The notes under the pieces are model-generated. The model worked only from the letters and a program-made list of their open reading frames with translations. It was not told the DNA's origin and ran no database searches. Of a stretch of 64,000 nucleotides of DNA, positions 50,174 through 59,299 are shown in pieces (positions within the stretch are counted from its first letter, which is position 1; each line of letters opens with the position of its first letter). The DNA lies in assembly GCA_963801355.1 (NCBI GenBank), contig CAWDEM010000008.1:2432001-2496000 (forward strand). The letters run 5' to 3'. The stretch comes from Ignavibacteriota bacterium. GTDB lineage: Bacteria > Bacteroidota > Ignavibacteria > UBA10030 > UBA6906. The translations under genes were made by a program, and so were the position numbers.

Positions 50174-50637
50174 GGGTTCGACCCGCGGCCGGCATTCACA
50201 TCACTCCCCGGATCCCTGACATCCTTTGCGCGGAAGAGCAGAAGCCCGTACGGTTCGCCGCCGAAGGCGTGATGAACCATGTGCGCCTTTTTCAGGCGGC
50301 GCATGTAGGGGTTCCTGAACACCACTCCCGGGACGCGTCGGTGGACATAGATGTCATGGAGGAAAAAGTAGACCATCCCGTACAGCGTTACGCCGAGAGC
50401 CAGGGCGAGGATGTCGCTGCGCAACGGGTCGCCCACCGCATACCAGATGACGACAATACTGATCGAAGCGAAGAAGAGCGGAAACACGTCGTTCCATTCA
50501 AATACCCCCTTGCGCGGCGTGTGATGGCTCTCGTGAAAAACCCAGAGGAGCTTGTGATAGACGAACCGGTGTGCGAGGTACGAGACAAACTCCATGGTAA
50601 TAAACGCTGCGATGAAGAACAGGGCAAATCGGAGCAT
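50170..50637 (-). CDS. crtZ: Beta-carotene hydroxylase
   Basis: His boxes HRFVYH, HESHH, FEWND, HDIYVHRR and HMVHH. Confidence 0.92.
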   Translation of the reverse strand: MLRFALFFIAAFITMEFVSYLAHRFVYHKLLWVFHESHHTPRKGVFEWNDVFPLFFASISIVVIWYAVGDPLRSDILALALGVTLYGMVYFFLHDIYVHRRVPGVVFRNPYMRRLKKAHMVHHAFGGEPYGLLLFRAKDVRDPGSDVNAGRGSNP

Positions 50638-50645
50638 AGGTCTTC

Positions 50646-52076
50646 CTATCGTTGTGACGTGCCGGAATACAGAGCATGTGTCACCAGACGTTCCTCCGCA
50701 TGCTCCACGATCTTCTTTGGGTACTGCCTGCCGAGCAGGCACCCGGAGCTTTCCTGATCCTGCTGCGACATGCGCCACGGTTCATGGATAAACTGAGCGG
50801 GCACGCGTGCCAGCTCCGGGACATACCGTCGTACATACGCCCCTTCGGGGTCGAACTTCTTTCCCTGGAGTACGGGATTAAAAATGCGAAACCACGGCGA
50901 CGCATCGGTGCCCGTGCCGGCCGTCCACTGCCAGCCGCCGTTATTTGACGCCAGATCCAGATCTATCAGTGTTTCTGCAAAGTACCGCTCCCCCCACTGC
51001 CAGTTCAGGTGCAGATCCTTCGTCAGAAATGACGCCACTATCATCCGCGCGCGATTATGCATCCACCCTTCTCCGTCCAGCTGCCGCATCGCCGCATCGA
51101 CGATAGGGTAGCCGGTGGTTCCTGACTTCCAGCGGGCAAATGCCGATGTAGACCGCTGCCAGGAAATGTCCCGGAACTCTTCCCGGAACGCCGTGTCCAG
51201 CACGAACGGAAAGGCCGAGAGAATCTGGTAGTAGAATTCACGCCATATCAACTCCGACACAAAGGTCTCGATGCCGGCACGCGCTCCGCCCCGTTTTTTG
51301 TGGAAGAGTTCTTGTGCCGCCCAGTAGACGCGGCGGGGCGAAATGCTGCCGAGCGACAGGTGATGGGAAAGCCTGGATGTCCCGTCGACAGCGGGAAGAT
51401 CGCGCCGCCGGTCATACGTGTCAACCGGCCCCCGGAGGAAGCGTTCCAGGCGGAGCAAGGGGGAGAAGTCGTCCCTGTCCGTCAGCGGCCGATCGAAACC
51501 CGGGATCCGCTGCAACGGTATTGATCCGGAGGCCATCGGGACTGTCGCCAGCATCCTACTATCGGGAAACGGCCTGGGGAGATCCGCGGCGGCTTCCAGC
51601 CATCGGCGCTTGTACGGCGTGAACACGCGGTACGGTCCGCCACTGTCTGTGCGTATTTCATCTGCTTCCCGGAGCACGCGATCCTTCACCAGGATCAGCT
51701 GTTTGCCGCTCCGGCGCAACGCCGTGGCAATACGTGCATCGCGGCGCCTTGCCGGCTCATCATAAAGGCGCACGGCGTACACCACGTCCGCATTGTACCC
51801 GATCGCGGCCGCCGGAAGTTCAATCTCCGGCGACCCGATACGGACATGCAATCGTGAGCCCCGCGCTCGAAGTCCGGCATCAAGATCAGCGATTGCCCGT
51901 CGCACGAACCGGCGGCGTCGCGTGTCCACAGCGTATGAGGCATCCTCACTCAGTACGAGGACCGGTACAACCTCGTCGGCCTCCAGCAGAGCGTGCCAGA
52001 GCGCGGCATTATCGTCCACGCGGAGCGCCCGGCGCAGCCAGAGAAGAGCCCGCCGGTATTTCGTGGCAGCCGGCAC
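50646..52076 (-). CDS. phrB: Deoxyribodipyrimidine photolyase
   Basis: LRVDDNAAL, TSRLS, ELIWREFY, GWMHNRARMIVASFL and NNGGWQW motifs. Confidence 0.95.
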   Translation of the reverse strand: MPAATKYRRALLWLRRALRVDDNAALWHALLEADEVVPVLVLSEDASYAVDTRRRRFVRRAIADLDAGLRARGSRLHVRIGSPEIELPAAAIGYNADVVYAVRLYDEPARRRDARIATALRRSGKQLILVKDRVLREADEIRTDSGGPYRVFTPYKRRWLEAAADLPRPFPDSRMLATVPMASGSIPLQRIPGFDRPLTDRDDFSPLLRLERFLRGPVDTYDRRRDLPAVDGTSRLSHHLSLGSISPRRVYWAAQELFHKKRGGARAGIETFVSELIWREFYYQILSAFPFVLDTAFREEFRDISWQRSTSAFARWKSGTTGYPIVDAAMRQLDGEGWMHNRARMIVASFLTKDLHLNWQWGERYFAETLIDLDLASNNGGWQWTAGTGTDASPWFRIFNPVLQGKKFDPEGAYVRRYVPELARVPAQFIHEPWRMSQQDQESSGCLLGRQYPKKIVEHAEERLVTHALYSGTSQR

Positions 52077-52081
52077 CGTCG

Positions 52082-53002
52082 CTATCCCTGGCGCGCAAGA
52101 AGAAGGTGTGCGAGATCCCGGAGACGGTCGCTGGCAACTGACGCAGGCACCGCATCAAGGGCCGTGAGCGCTTCGGTGGTGTGATCCGCCACCACCCCCC
52201 ACGTTGCTGTGAACTGGTTGGAGGATTCACGGGCCAGGGTGAGATAGGTCTGCCTGCCATTCTGCGCATCCATCCCGACGGATTTACCTGTTCCGGATTC
52301 GTCTCCTGTGGCGTCCAGAAGGTCGTCCATCGCCTGGTATGCGAGCCCGAGGTGGAATCCGAAATTCCCCAGCGCGTCGACGACGCGCCGGTCGTCCGTC
52401 GCAACCAGGGCTCCGATGCGCGTGCAGGCCTCAACCAATCGGGCGGTTTTCCGTTCCACCATCCACCGGTGATGCAACGGGTCATGTGAGGCCCCTTCCG
52501 GGTTCGCGAACCGGATGTCTGCACACTGTCCCTCGCACAGCTGAAGAAAGCAGGTGGAAAACGTGGAGAGTATCTCCGCTGTGGATCCGGCCTTCGTCAT
52601 CTGTAACGTCCGATACGCAAGGGCGATGAGCGCGTCACCCACGAGAATCGCCATCGGCATCCCGTGCATCACGTGCACCGCCGGCATGCCGCGTCGCAGC
52701 AGGGCGTTGTCCATGATGTCGTCGTGCACCAGGGATGATGCATGAAGCAACTCCAGCGCGGCCGCGGCAGGCAGGGCATTTTCTTCGCGGCCGCCAGCCG
52801 CGGCGCACGCCAGGATTGTCAGCAGCGGACGGATCCGTTTGCCGCCTGCAGTCGACTGCTCAATGATTTCACGGAGCGCCGGGGCTTCGATCTGTTCTAT
52901 CGCTCCACCAATGGTCCGGTCAACGCGGTGCCGGAGATGCTCGTCCCATCGCACGCTGTGGACAGGGGTGTTCATCGTGATGGTCATTGTGTATCGTGTC
53001 AT
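52082..53002 (-). CDS. crtE: Polyprenyl (GGPP) synthase
   Basis: GGKRIRP, HDDIMD...RRG and DDLLD motifs; crt context. Confidence 0.85.
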   Translation of the reverse strand: MTRYTMTITMNTPVHSVRWDEHLRHRVDRTIGGAIEQIEAPALREIIEQSTAGGKRIRPLLTILACAAAGGREENALPAAAALELLHASSLVHDDIMDNALLRRGMPAVHVMHGMPMAILVGDALIALAYRTLQMTKAGSTAEILSTFSTCFLQLCEGQCADIRFANPEGASHDPLHHRWMVERKTARLVEACTRIGALVATDDRRVVDALGNFGFHLGLAYQAMDDLLDATGDESGTGKSVGMDAQNGRQTYLTLARESSNQFTATWGVVADHTTEALTALDAVPASVASDRLRDLAHLLLARQG

Positions 53003-53958
53003 AGTGTGAGTACTGAAGCAGAAAAAGACTGAAGACGCCGGCCGGTCTCAGACCGCACCGCCTCCCGTCGTGCCCGATCCAGCAGGAAGTACGGCACGCC
53101 CTCCCGGCGCACGGTGATCAAGGCGGCCAGAAGAAGTTTTGACGGAAGCGGAACGTGCGCCCTTCGCTCGAACACCTGGTAGTCATTTGCTTCGATGGCG
53201 CGAAGGATGCGGCTGTAGAGATCGCTCATCAGCCTGACGCAGTACCGCGAGCCATCATCGGGCAGCAACGCGATTCCCCGGTTTGCCTTCGCGTAAAAAT
53301 CGCGGGCCCGGGAGATCTGGAACCGCATGAAGTCACGGAACGCTGAAGTCACCCGGCGGCCGCGAAGATCGTCCTCCGTGACCCCCCACTCATCCATTTC
53401 GCAGGACGGGAGGTAGATCCGGTGCATACGGAGATCTTCACCGACGTCGCGCAGGATATTCGTGAGCTGCATGGCCGTCCCCAGATCCTCGGCATACGGC
53501 AGCGCATCATCGCTGTCAGGTTGCAGGATCTTGGTCATCATAAGCCCGACCACGGACGCCACATGATAACAATAGGTCCTCAGATCTTCGAACGTCCGCG
53601 GGCGCATTCCTGCAATATCCATCGCCACGCCATCGATCAGGTCGAGGAGATATTCTTTCGGAATACCGAACGTGTGCACAGTTTCCTGCAGAACCGGCAG
53701 AGGTGTTGTCCCGTGATCACCGGCGAAGACTTCCTCCACCCGGCGCCGCATCAGCTGCAGACGGACGGAAGAGGAGGAGGGGTCTGCGGTTTCATCGGCG
53801 ATGTTGTCCACCAGCCTGCAGAAGGAGTACAGTGCATAGGCCGCCTTCCGCTTTCCCGGGGGCAAGGCAAAAGACGCAAAATAGAATGTCCTTGCGTAGC
53901 GGCGCGTTATTGCGCGGGCATCCTCCTGGGTCGTCACAGGATTTTCCTCAACCCTCAT
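52999..53958 (-). CDS. crtB: Phytoene synthase
   Basis: FCRLVDNIAD, YCYHVASVVG and QLTNILRDVGED motifs. Confidence 0.95.
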   Translation of the reverse strand: MRVEENPVTTQEDARAITRRYARTFYFASFALPPGKRKAAYALYSFCRLVDNIADETADPSSSSVRLQLMRRRVEEVFAGDHGTTPLPVLQETVHTFGIPKEYLLDLIDGVAMDIAGMRPRTFEDLRTYCYHVASVVGLMMTKILQPDSDDALPYAEDLGTAMQLTNILRDVGEDLRMHRIYLPSCEMDEWGVTEDDLRGRRVTSAFRDFMRFQISRARDFYAKANRGIALLPDDGSRYCVRLMSDLYSRILRAIEANDYQVFERRAHVPLPSKLLLAALITVRREGVPYFLLDRARREAVRSETGRRLQSFSASVLTL

Positions 53959-54851
53959 GACGCTTCACCTGATGTCGACTGGTGTGCCAGAAAATCAAGA
54001 AGATCGTGCGCAGAGGAGAGCACCGCATGCACCGACGGGAATTCCCGCACGCTCTCTGGCACACCGGCTCCTCCAACGAGGATGGTAGCACCCACGCCGT
54101 GTGCGGTCACGCTCAACCGGCGAAGGTCATCAAGGGAGCGTTGCGACTCATCCATGGTCGTCATCGAAAGCGCGAGTATGCTCGGGCGCAACTCTTCCAC
54201 TGCACGCGTGACTGCGGCCGCCGGAGTACGCGCCCCTATATAGTGGGTACACCACCCTTCGGCCTCGAAAACGTAGGATACCGTGCGGAGCCCGATTTCG
54301 TGCAGTTCCTCCCCTATGCAGGCCAGCACCACCGACTTCCCGATGGCGGGTTTGATGAAAATCCCCCCCTGCAGCCGGGCCAGAGCATCCAGCACCTCGT
54401 ACGAGGCCCGGTGCTCCTGGTTGATACCGATCTCAGCGCGCTCCAACAACACGCCGATCTCGGCCATCCCGGGCCGCAGGATGCTGTCGTAGATTTCCCA
54501 GAGTGCAGTCCGGTGTTCGTAGAGATACGAAAAGAACACGGAGAGGTCTGTGCGATCCGGAGAAAGCGCTTTTTCCAGAAAGACCCTGGTAAGTGCCCGG
54601 AAGTCCCTCGCAATGACGGCCATCTGAATCGTGGTACCCTGATTGTCATCCCCGGGGAGGGACAGGACGCCGACAGTCTCGCACTTGTTCCGCTCGGCGA
54701 ATTCGATGACGTCGCGCATGGGAAATTTCCTGTGCCCGCCGGGAGTCTTGTGGCAGTGCAGGGTCCCTTCGTCCGCCCACCGCTTCACCGTTGTTTCGGT
54801 GACGTCGAAGAGGCGCGCAACATCTACTGTGGAGAGTATGGTTTTTCGCAC
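53955..54851 (-). CDS. CarH/LitR-like HTH regulator with cobalamin-binding domain
   Basis: N-terminal winged HTH (TVKRWADEG...TPGGHR), x9-EH cap motif and ELHEIG (ExHxxG) B12 motif; embedded in the crt operon. Confidence 0.85.
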   Translation of the reverse strand: MRKTILSTVDVARLFDVTETTVKRWADEGTLHCHKTPGGHRKFPMRDVIEFAERNKCETVGVLSLPGDDNQGTTIQMAVIARDFRALTRVFLEKALSPDRTDLSVFFSYLYEHRTALWEIYDSILRPGMAEIGVLLERAEIGINQEHRASYEVLDALARLQGGIFIKPAIGKSVVLACIGEELHEIGLRTVSYVFEAEGWCTHYIGARTPAAAVTRAVEELRPSILALSMTTMDESQRSLDDLRRLSVTAHGVGATILVGGAGVPESVREFPSVHAVLSSAHDLLDFLAHQSTSGEAS

Positions 54852-54873
54852 GGGCTACACCATTAGTGGTACA

Positions 54874-56358
54874 TCAGGCTGCAAAATCCTGAAGGATACA
54901 TTTTTCCGTGGCTTCTGCGCCGAGCAGCACACCCGGCACGCCTCCGCCCGGATGCGTACCCGCCCCTACAAAGTAGAGCCTCTGCACGACTTCGCTCCGG
55001 TTGTGCGGGCGGAACAGTGCGCTCTGGGTGAGACGGGGTTCGATGCTGAACGCATTGCCGAGGTGAGCATTCAGTTCGTTCTTGAAATCTTCCGGCGTGA
55101 ACATTTCCAGCACCTCGATGTTCTCACGAAAATCTCTGAGGCCGAAGTCTTCATCGAGAAACTTCAGAACCCGGTCGCGCAACGGCCCGGAGGCCTTCGC
55201 CCAGTCGATGCCGGCTCCCAGATGCGGTACCGGAATCAACAGATACATGCTGTCGGATCCCGCGGGAGCCATGGAAGGGTCGGTCCGCGTCGGCACATGC
55301 AGGTACATCGAGAAGTCCTCCGGAAGACGCTTGCGATCGAAGATATCTCTTACCAGTTCACGATACCTTTCGCTGAGGATGAGTGTATGATGCTTCAACT
55401 CCGGATACTGCTTCTTCACGCCGATGTACAGAAGGAAGCAGCTCATGGAGATGTGCAGGCGGTCGATCGCGCGATCTGACCAGCGCCGGCGCCGGTGCTC
55501 GGGCCGGACCAGGTGCTTATACACCCACGGGACATCACCATTGGACACCACTGCATCCGCCGCGTGCACTTCTCCGTGCACACGGACACCCGTCGCGCGT
55601 CCGTTCTGCACGACAATCTCTTCTACCTCAGCATTGGTGTGGATCGTGCCACCCAATTCCTTGAACAGCCGTTCGAATGCCCGGACAAGGCTGTACATAC
55701 CGCCCATGGCAAACCAGACACCCGCCTCACGCTCAAGATATGGGATCATGGCGTAGATGCTGGGTGCGCGGAACGGCGAACCGCCGATGAAGAGCGGATG
55801 AAAGGAAAAGGCAAACCGGTTGCGTTCATCCCGGAAGTATTTGCTTGCGAAATCATACACCGGACGCAGACTCCCGAGGGCAAGAGCACGTGGAGCGAAC
55901 GAAAGGAACGCCTTCCACGTGAGAAATGGCGTACTTCCCAATCCCTCCGTGATGACGGCATCGTAGATGGGTTTCACGTCTGCAAAGAACCGGTCGTAGT
56001 TGCGCGCATCTTCTGGATTGAAGCGCGCCATCTGCTCTTTCATCCTGTCGGGGCTCCCGACATAATCCAGGTATGTCTTGTCGTGAAAGTAGAGCCGGTA
56101 AAAGGGGTCCAGCGGCACAAGGGTGAGATAGTCTTTCATCGATCTCCCTGCCGCTTTAAAGACACTGTCGATGATGAATGGCGCGGTGATCAGGGAAGGC
56201 CCCATGTCAAAAGTATAACCGTCCCGAACAAACTGGTACGCACGACCGCCAACCCGGGGGCGCTTTTCGAAGACTGTGACCTCGAAGCCCCTCGACTGGA
56301 GCCGGATCGCCTCCGCCAACCCCCCAAAACCTGAACCAATTAAGGCTATTGTCCTCAT
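54874..56358 (-). CDS. crtI: Phytoene desaturase
   Basis: IGSGFGGL, FDMGPS and VGAGTHPGGGVPGV motifs. Confidence 0.95.
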   Translation of the reverse strand: MRTIALIGSGFGGLAEAIRLQSRGFEVTVFEKRPRVGGRAYQFVRDGYTFDMGPSLITAPFIIDSVFKAAGRSMKDYLTLVPLDPFYRLYFHDKTYLDYVGSPDRMKEQMARFNPEDARNYDRFFADVKPIYDAVITEGLGSTPFLTWKAFLSFAPRALALGSLRPVYDFASKYFRDERNRFAFSFHPLFIGGSPFRAPSIYAMIPYLEREAGVWFAMGGMYSLVRAFERLFKELGGTIHTNAEVEEIVVQNGRATGVRVHGEVHAADAVVSNGDVPWVYKHLVRPEHRRRRWSDRAIDRLHISMSCFLLYIGVKKQYPELKHHTLILSERYRELVRDIFDRKRLPEDFSMYLHVPTRTDPSMAPAGSDSMYLLIPVPHLGAGIDWAKASGPLRDRVLKFLDEDFGLRDFRENIEVLEMFTPEDFKNELNAHLGNAFSIEPRLTQSALFRPHNRSEVVQRLYFVGAGTHPGGGVPGVLLGAEATEKCILQDFAA

Positions 56359-56453
56359 CTCATCCGATTAATGCGATTTGTTCGTTTCAATACACAGATT
56401 AACACAAGACCCTGGATTATGGTTCCCACCACAATCAAATCGGACAGAAAAAG

Positions 56454-57803
56454 TCAGCGAATATCATCCACAATGAGAAAAGTGACCTTTCCGGGCCGTA
56501 TGGTCACGGTTCTGGAGGGGATCCGGAAAGCCTGGTCGGTTGAGGTGACGGTAGCACTATATGACCCGGGCCCCAGTTCCATTCTGGCAAGCTGGATTTG
56601 AGCGGGTAATGTGCGCCACGACCGGACATCCGCCCGTTCGGTCGCACCGACGGCGGCGTCAATGGCAAGTGAGCCGAGGAAGTTGACGAGATCGCTGTTG
56701 GTTTGCTCTTTGAGTTTAGCTTTCGCCGCCTCGGCTGCAAAGAGTTTGATGAGCGCCCGCCCGCCGCTCTTGAGATACACCAGGGCCAGGCGATCTTCGA
56801 GGGTACAGTCCGCGATTGCCGTGATATCCTCAGCGACTGTCGTTTGCGCGTGCACCACATCCACCGAATCGCCGGCGATGCGCACATCGACATCATACGC
56901 GCGCGCGATTCGCATCCGCGGCGTGAACTTCGGCAGTGCGATCTGGAATGTGTGCACAATCCCTGCACTATCGGCAACGGAAACAGCCGGCCGGATCTCC
57001 GTCTTGAGAGGTGCCCGCCCCGCATAGGCAACAACGATGAGACTCCCCCACAGCCCTTCAGTGGTCGCGGTATCTACTCCTCCCAGAGCGCGGTATTTCT
57101 CGTACTCATCCGTGAACGAAAGCCGCTTCGCGGTCCGCACCAGATCCTTCAGCAAAAACGGCGGCGCCTCCGTACCGTACAGACGCGTATACGTCGCATA
57201 CGCATCGTACGCCTTCGAGTACGAAATAAACGCATCATTTAGTTCGCCCCCTGATTCGTACAGCGCCCCGGCAAGATACCGGGCAAAGGCATCTTCCTGG
57301 TACTTGTTCTTCCCTTCGTAGAGGCGGGCGAATTCGCGCAGCTTCAGATCAACTTTGCGGACTTCCACAAGAGCCTCATCGGGGAGTCCCTGCTCCGCAA
57401 AGTTCAGCGCGAGGAAGACGTTGATCAGTACCCTCTCAAAATCCTCTCCGTCGTACGGAAGAACAGTGTCGTTCAGCAGCATCGACATTGCCGAGAGGGA
57501 AACACTCCTGGTATAGAGATCCTCAATCTCCCGTTCCGCGGCGAGCAGATAGGCCGACGAGGAGTCACTCATCCCGGCATAGTGATACAGGAGACCGAGA
57601 TCGAGTTTGTACAGGACAGAGCTCTTGTCGCCGTAGGCGTCGCGGTGGGTGGCAACGGTGTGTATGGCGTCCGGATACCTCCCGGCGCTGATCTCTTCCT
57701 CCAGCGAGAGGTACAATCCGGTCGACGAACCACACCCGGTCAGGAAAAGAAAAAGCGCCGGAGCTACGGACCACGGCGCTTTGGAAAAATACACTCGTGC
57801 CAT
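56454..57803 (-). CDS. COG3014-like TPR lipoprotein
   Basis: Lipobox LTGC; YDGEDFE, ALVE and ADVRSWRTLP motifs. Confidence 0.7.
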   Translation of the reverse strand: MARVYFSKAPWSVAPALFLFLTGCGSSTGLYLSLEEEISAGRYPDAIHTVATHRDAYGDKSSVLYKLDLGLLYHYAGMSDSSSAYLLAAEREIEDLYTRSVSLSAMSMLLNDTVLPYDGEDFERVLINVFLALNFAEQGLPDEALVEVRKVDLKLREFARLYEGKNKYQEDAFARYLAGALYESGGELNDAFISYSKAYDAYATYTRLYGTEAPPFLLKDLVRTAKRLSFTDEYEKYRALGGVDTATTEGLWGSLIVVAYAGRAPLKTEIRPAVSVADSAGIVHTFQIALPKFTPRMRIARAYDVDVRIAGDSVDVVHAQTTVAEDITAIADCTLEDRLALVYLKSGGRALIKLFAAEAAKAKLKEQTNSDLVNFLGSLAIDAAVGATERADVRSWRTLPAQIQLARMELGPGSYSATVTSTDQAFRIPSRTVTIRPGKVTFLIVDDIR

Positions 57804-57815
57804 TGCGGGGCGGCG

Positions 57816-58427
57816 TTAGAATTTTGACCCGCTCTGTTCAACCAGCTTCTTGATCTTCTTTTCGCCGATCCAGGCTTTCTTGTTCGTCTCAATATTGACG
57901 AGTTCGAGGTTCACCTGGTAGAATTTCACCCGTGCCCCACCGTCCTGATCGATGATCGACGTGATGTCACCACTCAACATGAAGTCCGCCCCCGTTTCTT
58001 GCTGGAACTTCTTGAGTGATTCGGGGGTCGAGAACTCCTGCTGATCGGTCCGCTCATCCCGGACCTCACTCCGTTCCTCCTTGTTCGCGACGAATTCCAC
58101 GCGCCCGGAATTGATCAGCTCGCGTTCCAGATTTTTCGTGAATGCGGTGGAGGCGATATGCTCGGACGACCGGTTGCGCACACTGCCGACGATGATGACC
58201 GGTGTGCGCTTCTTGTCCGATTTGAATTCGCCAAGCCATGGCCGGTCCAGGACATCCTTGATCATTTCCTCGGCCACCTGGCGTGAATCAGTGTCATTCC
58301 AATCGCCGCTCAGGTCAATTGCCTGATCGGGGTCCACGCGCGTCACCGTCCGTGACTCCCCACAACCCGCAACCAGGACGGCGAGCGCCGCAACCCCCAC
58401 GAGTGCCAACAGACGAATAGATCCCAA
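57816..58427 (-). CDS. LpoB-like lipoprotein (penicillin-binding protein activator family)
   Basis: TTG start with GGAGGAGG RBS; lipobox VAGC; DLSGDWNDTD, VRNRSSEHI and GADFMLSG motifs. Confidence 0.75.
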   Translation of the reverse strand: MGSIRLLALVGVAALAVLVAGCGESRTVTRVDPDQAIDLSGDWNDTDSRQVAEEMIKDVLDRPWLGEFKSDKKRTPVIIVGSVRNRSSEHIASTAFTKNLERELINSGRVEFVANKEERSEVRDERTDQQEFSTPESLKKFQQETGADFMLSGDITSIIDQDGGARVKFYQVNLELVNIETNKKAWIGEKKIKKLVEQSGSKF

Positions 58428-58476
58428 GAATCCTCCTCCAGGTCACTGAGACTGAATACGGGAAAATCCCGGAGGA

Positions 58477-58505
58477 AAGATACTAAACCGGACGGGAATC
58501 GTCAA
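58477..58505 (-). promoter_or_regulatory. Sigma70-type promoter of the LpoB-like/COG3014 pair
   Basis: Minus strand TTGACG-N17-TATCTT, the same -10 box as the nuo promoter. Confidence 0.6.
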
Positions 58506-58515
58506 CACCGTGACA

Positions 58516-58869
58516 TCAATTCACACCAAGCACGTCTTTGATGGCATCCTTGAACGCCTGCTTGGGGAGTGCCCCCATGGCCATTTGTGGCTTCCCTTCC
58601 CTGGGAACAAAGAGGATGGAGGGTATGCTCCGGATGCCGAACATGGAGGCAAGATCCTGCTGATCTTCAGTATCGACCTTGTAGACATTGATCTTCCCGG
58701 CGTACTCCTTCGAAAGCTCCTCAAGCACCGGGGCCACCATCTTGCACGGACCACACCAGTCCGCATAGAAGTCGATGATACAGGGGAGCTCGCCTCCGAA
58801 TTTCCAGTCTTTGTTGTTCTCAAAATCAAAGACTTTGGTGCGAAAAGTCTCCTTTGTGAGATGTTCCAT
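58516..58869 (-). CDS. trxA: Thioredoxin
   Basis: DFYADWCGPC and IRSIP motifs; ATG at 58869. Confidence 0.95.
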   Translation of the reverse strand: MEHLTKETFRTKVFDFENNKDWKFGGELPCIIDFYADWCGPCKMVAPVLEELSKEYAGKINVYKVDTEDQQDLASMFGIRSIPSILFVPREGKPQMAMGALPKQAFKDAIKDVLGVN

Positions 58870-58964
58870 TGAGGTCCGCCTTTCCGTTGATGGTGCCTGC
58901 CTCGAAATACCGTCTCTGTTCTTTGTTGATAAGATGCATGGCACCGCCGGCAAGGGTCAGGCCC

Positions 58965-59189
58965 CTAATTGTTCACGGCTGCCGCCGCCTCGTCGACCGC
59001 TTGCCGGAATTGTTCGATACTCTCCTTAAACACGCGAACAGTCACACGTGTCTTCTTGTCCCCGTCATCCAGGCGATTCTCCGTGATGGTGAGGTATTTC
59101 TTGCCGTTTTTGGCCTCTTTCACATCGATGAAATAGGTCGTCCGGCCGGAGCGGACCATGCTGGAGAACAACGCTTCATCTGTTGCCAT
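58965..59189 (-). CDS. PUR-family/DUF3276 single-stranded nucleic acid-binding protein
   Basis: GRTTYFIDVKE...YLTITE...VFKE pattern; GGAGG RBS. Confidence 0.8.
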   Translation of the reverse strand: MATDEALFSSMVRSGRTTYFIDVKEAKNGKKYLTITENRLDDGDKKTRVTVRVFKESIEQFRQAVDEAAAAVNN

Positions 59190-59299
59190 AGAGACCTCCC
59201 GTGCTGGTGAGTGATAGTGAGAGACCGTTTCCGCGGTTTACCATATCTACAGGCGGGAGTGCGTTTTTTCGACTGCGGAGGAAAAAAACCGGATCGCTG

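Noticed and set aside
56359-56453. CarH operator direct repeats (tacaca/aacaca) upstream of crtI
   Set aside because: The location is plausible, but the match to 11-bp TnnACA repeats is too weak to call.
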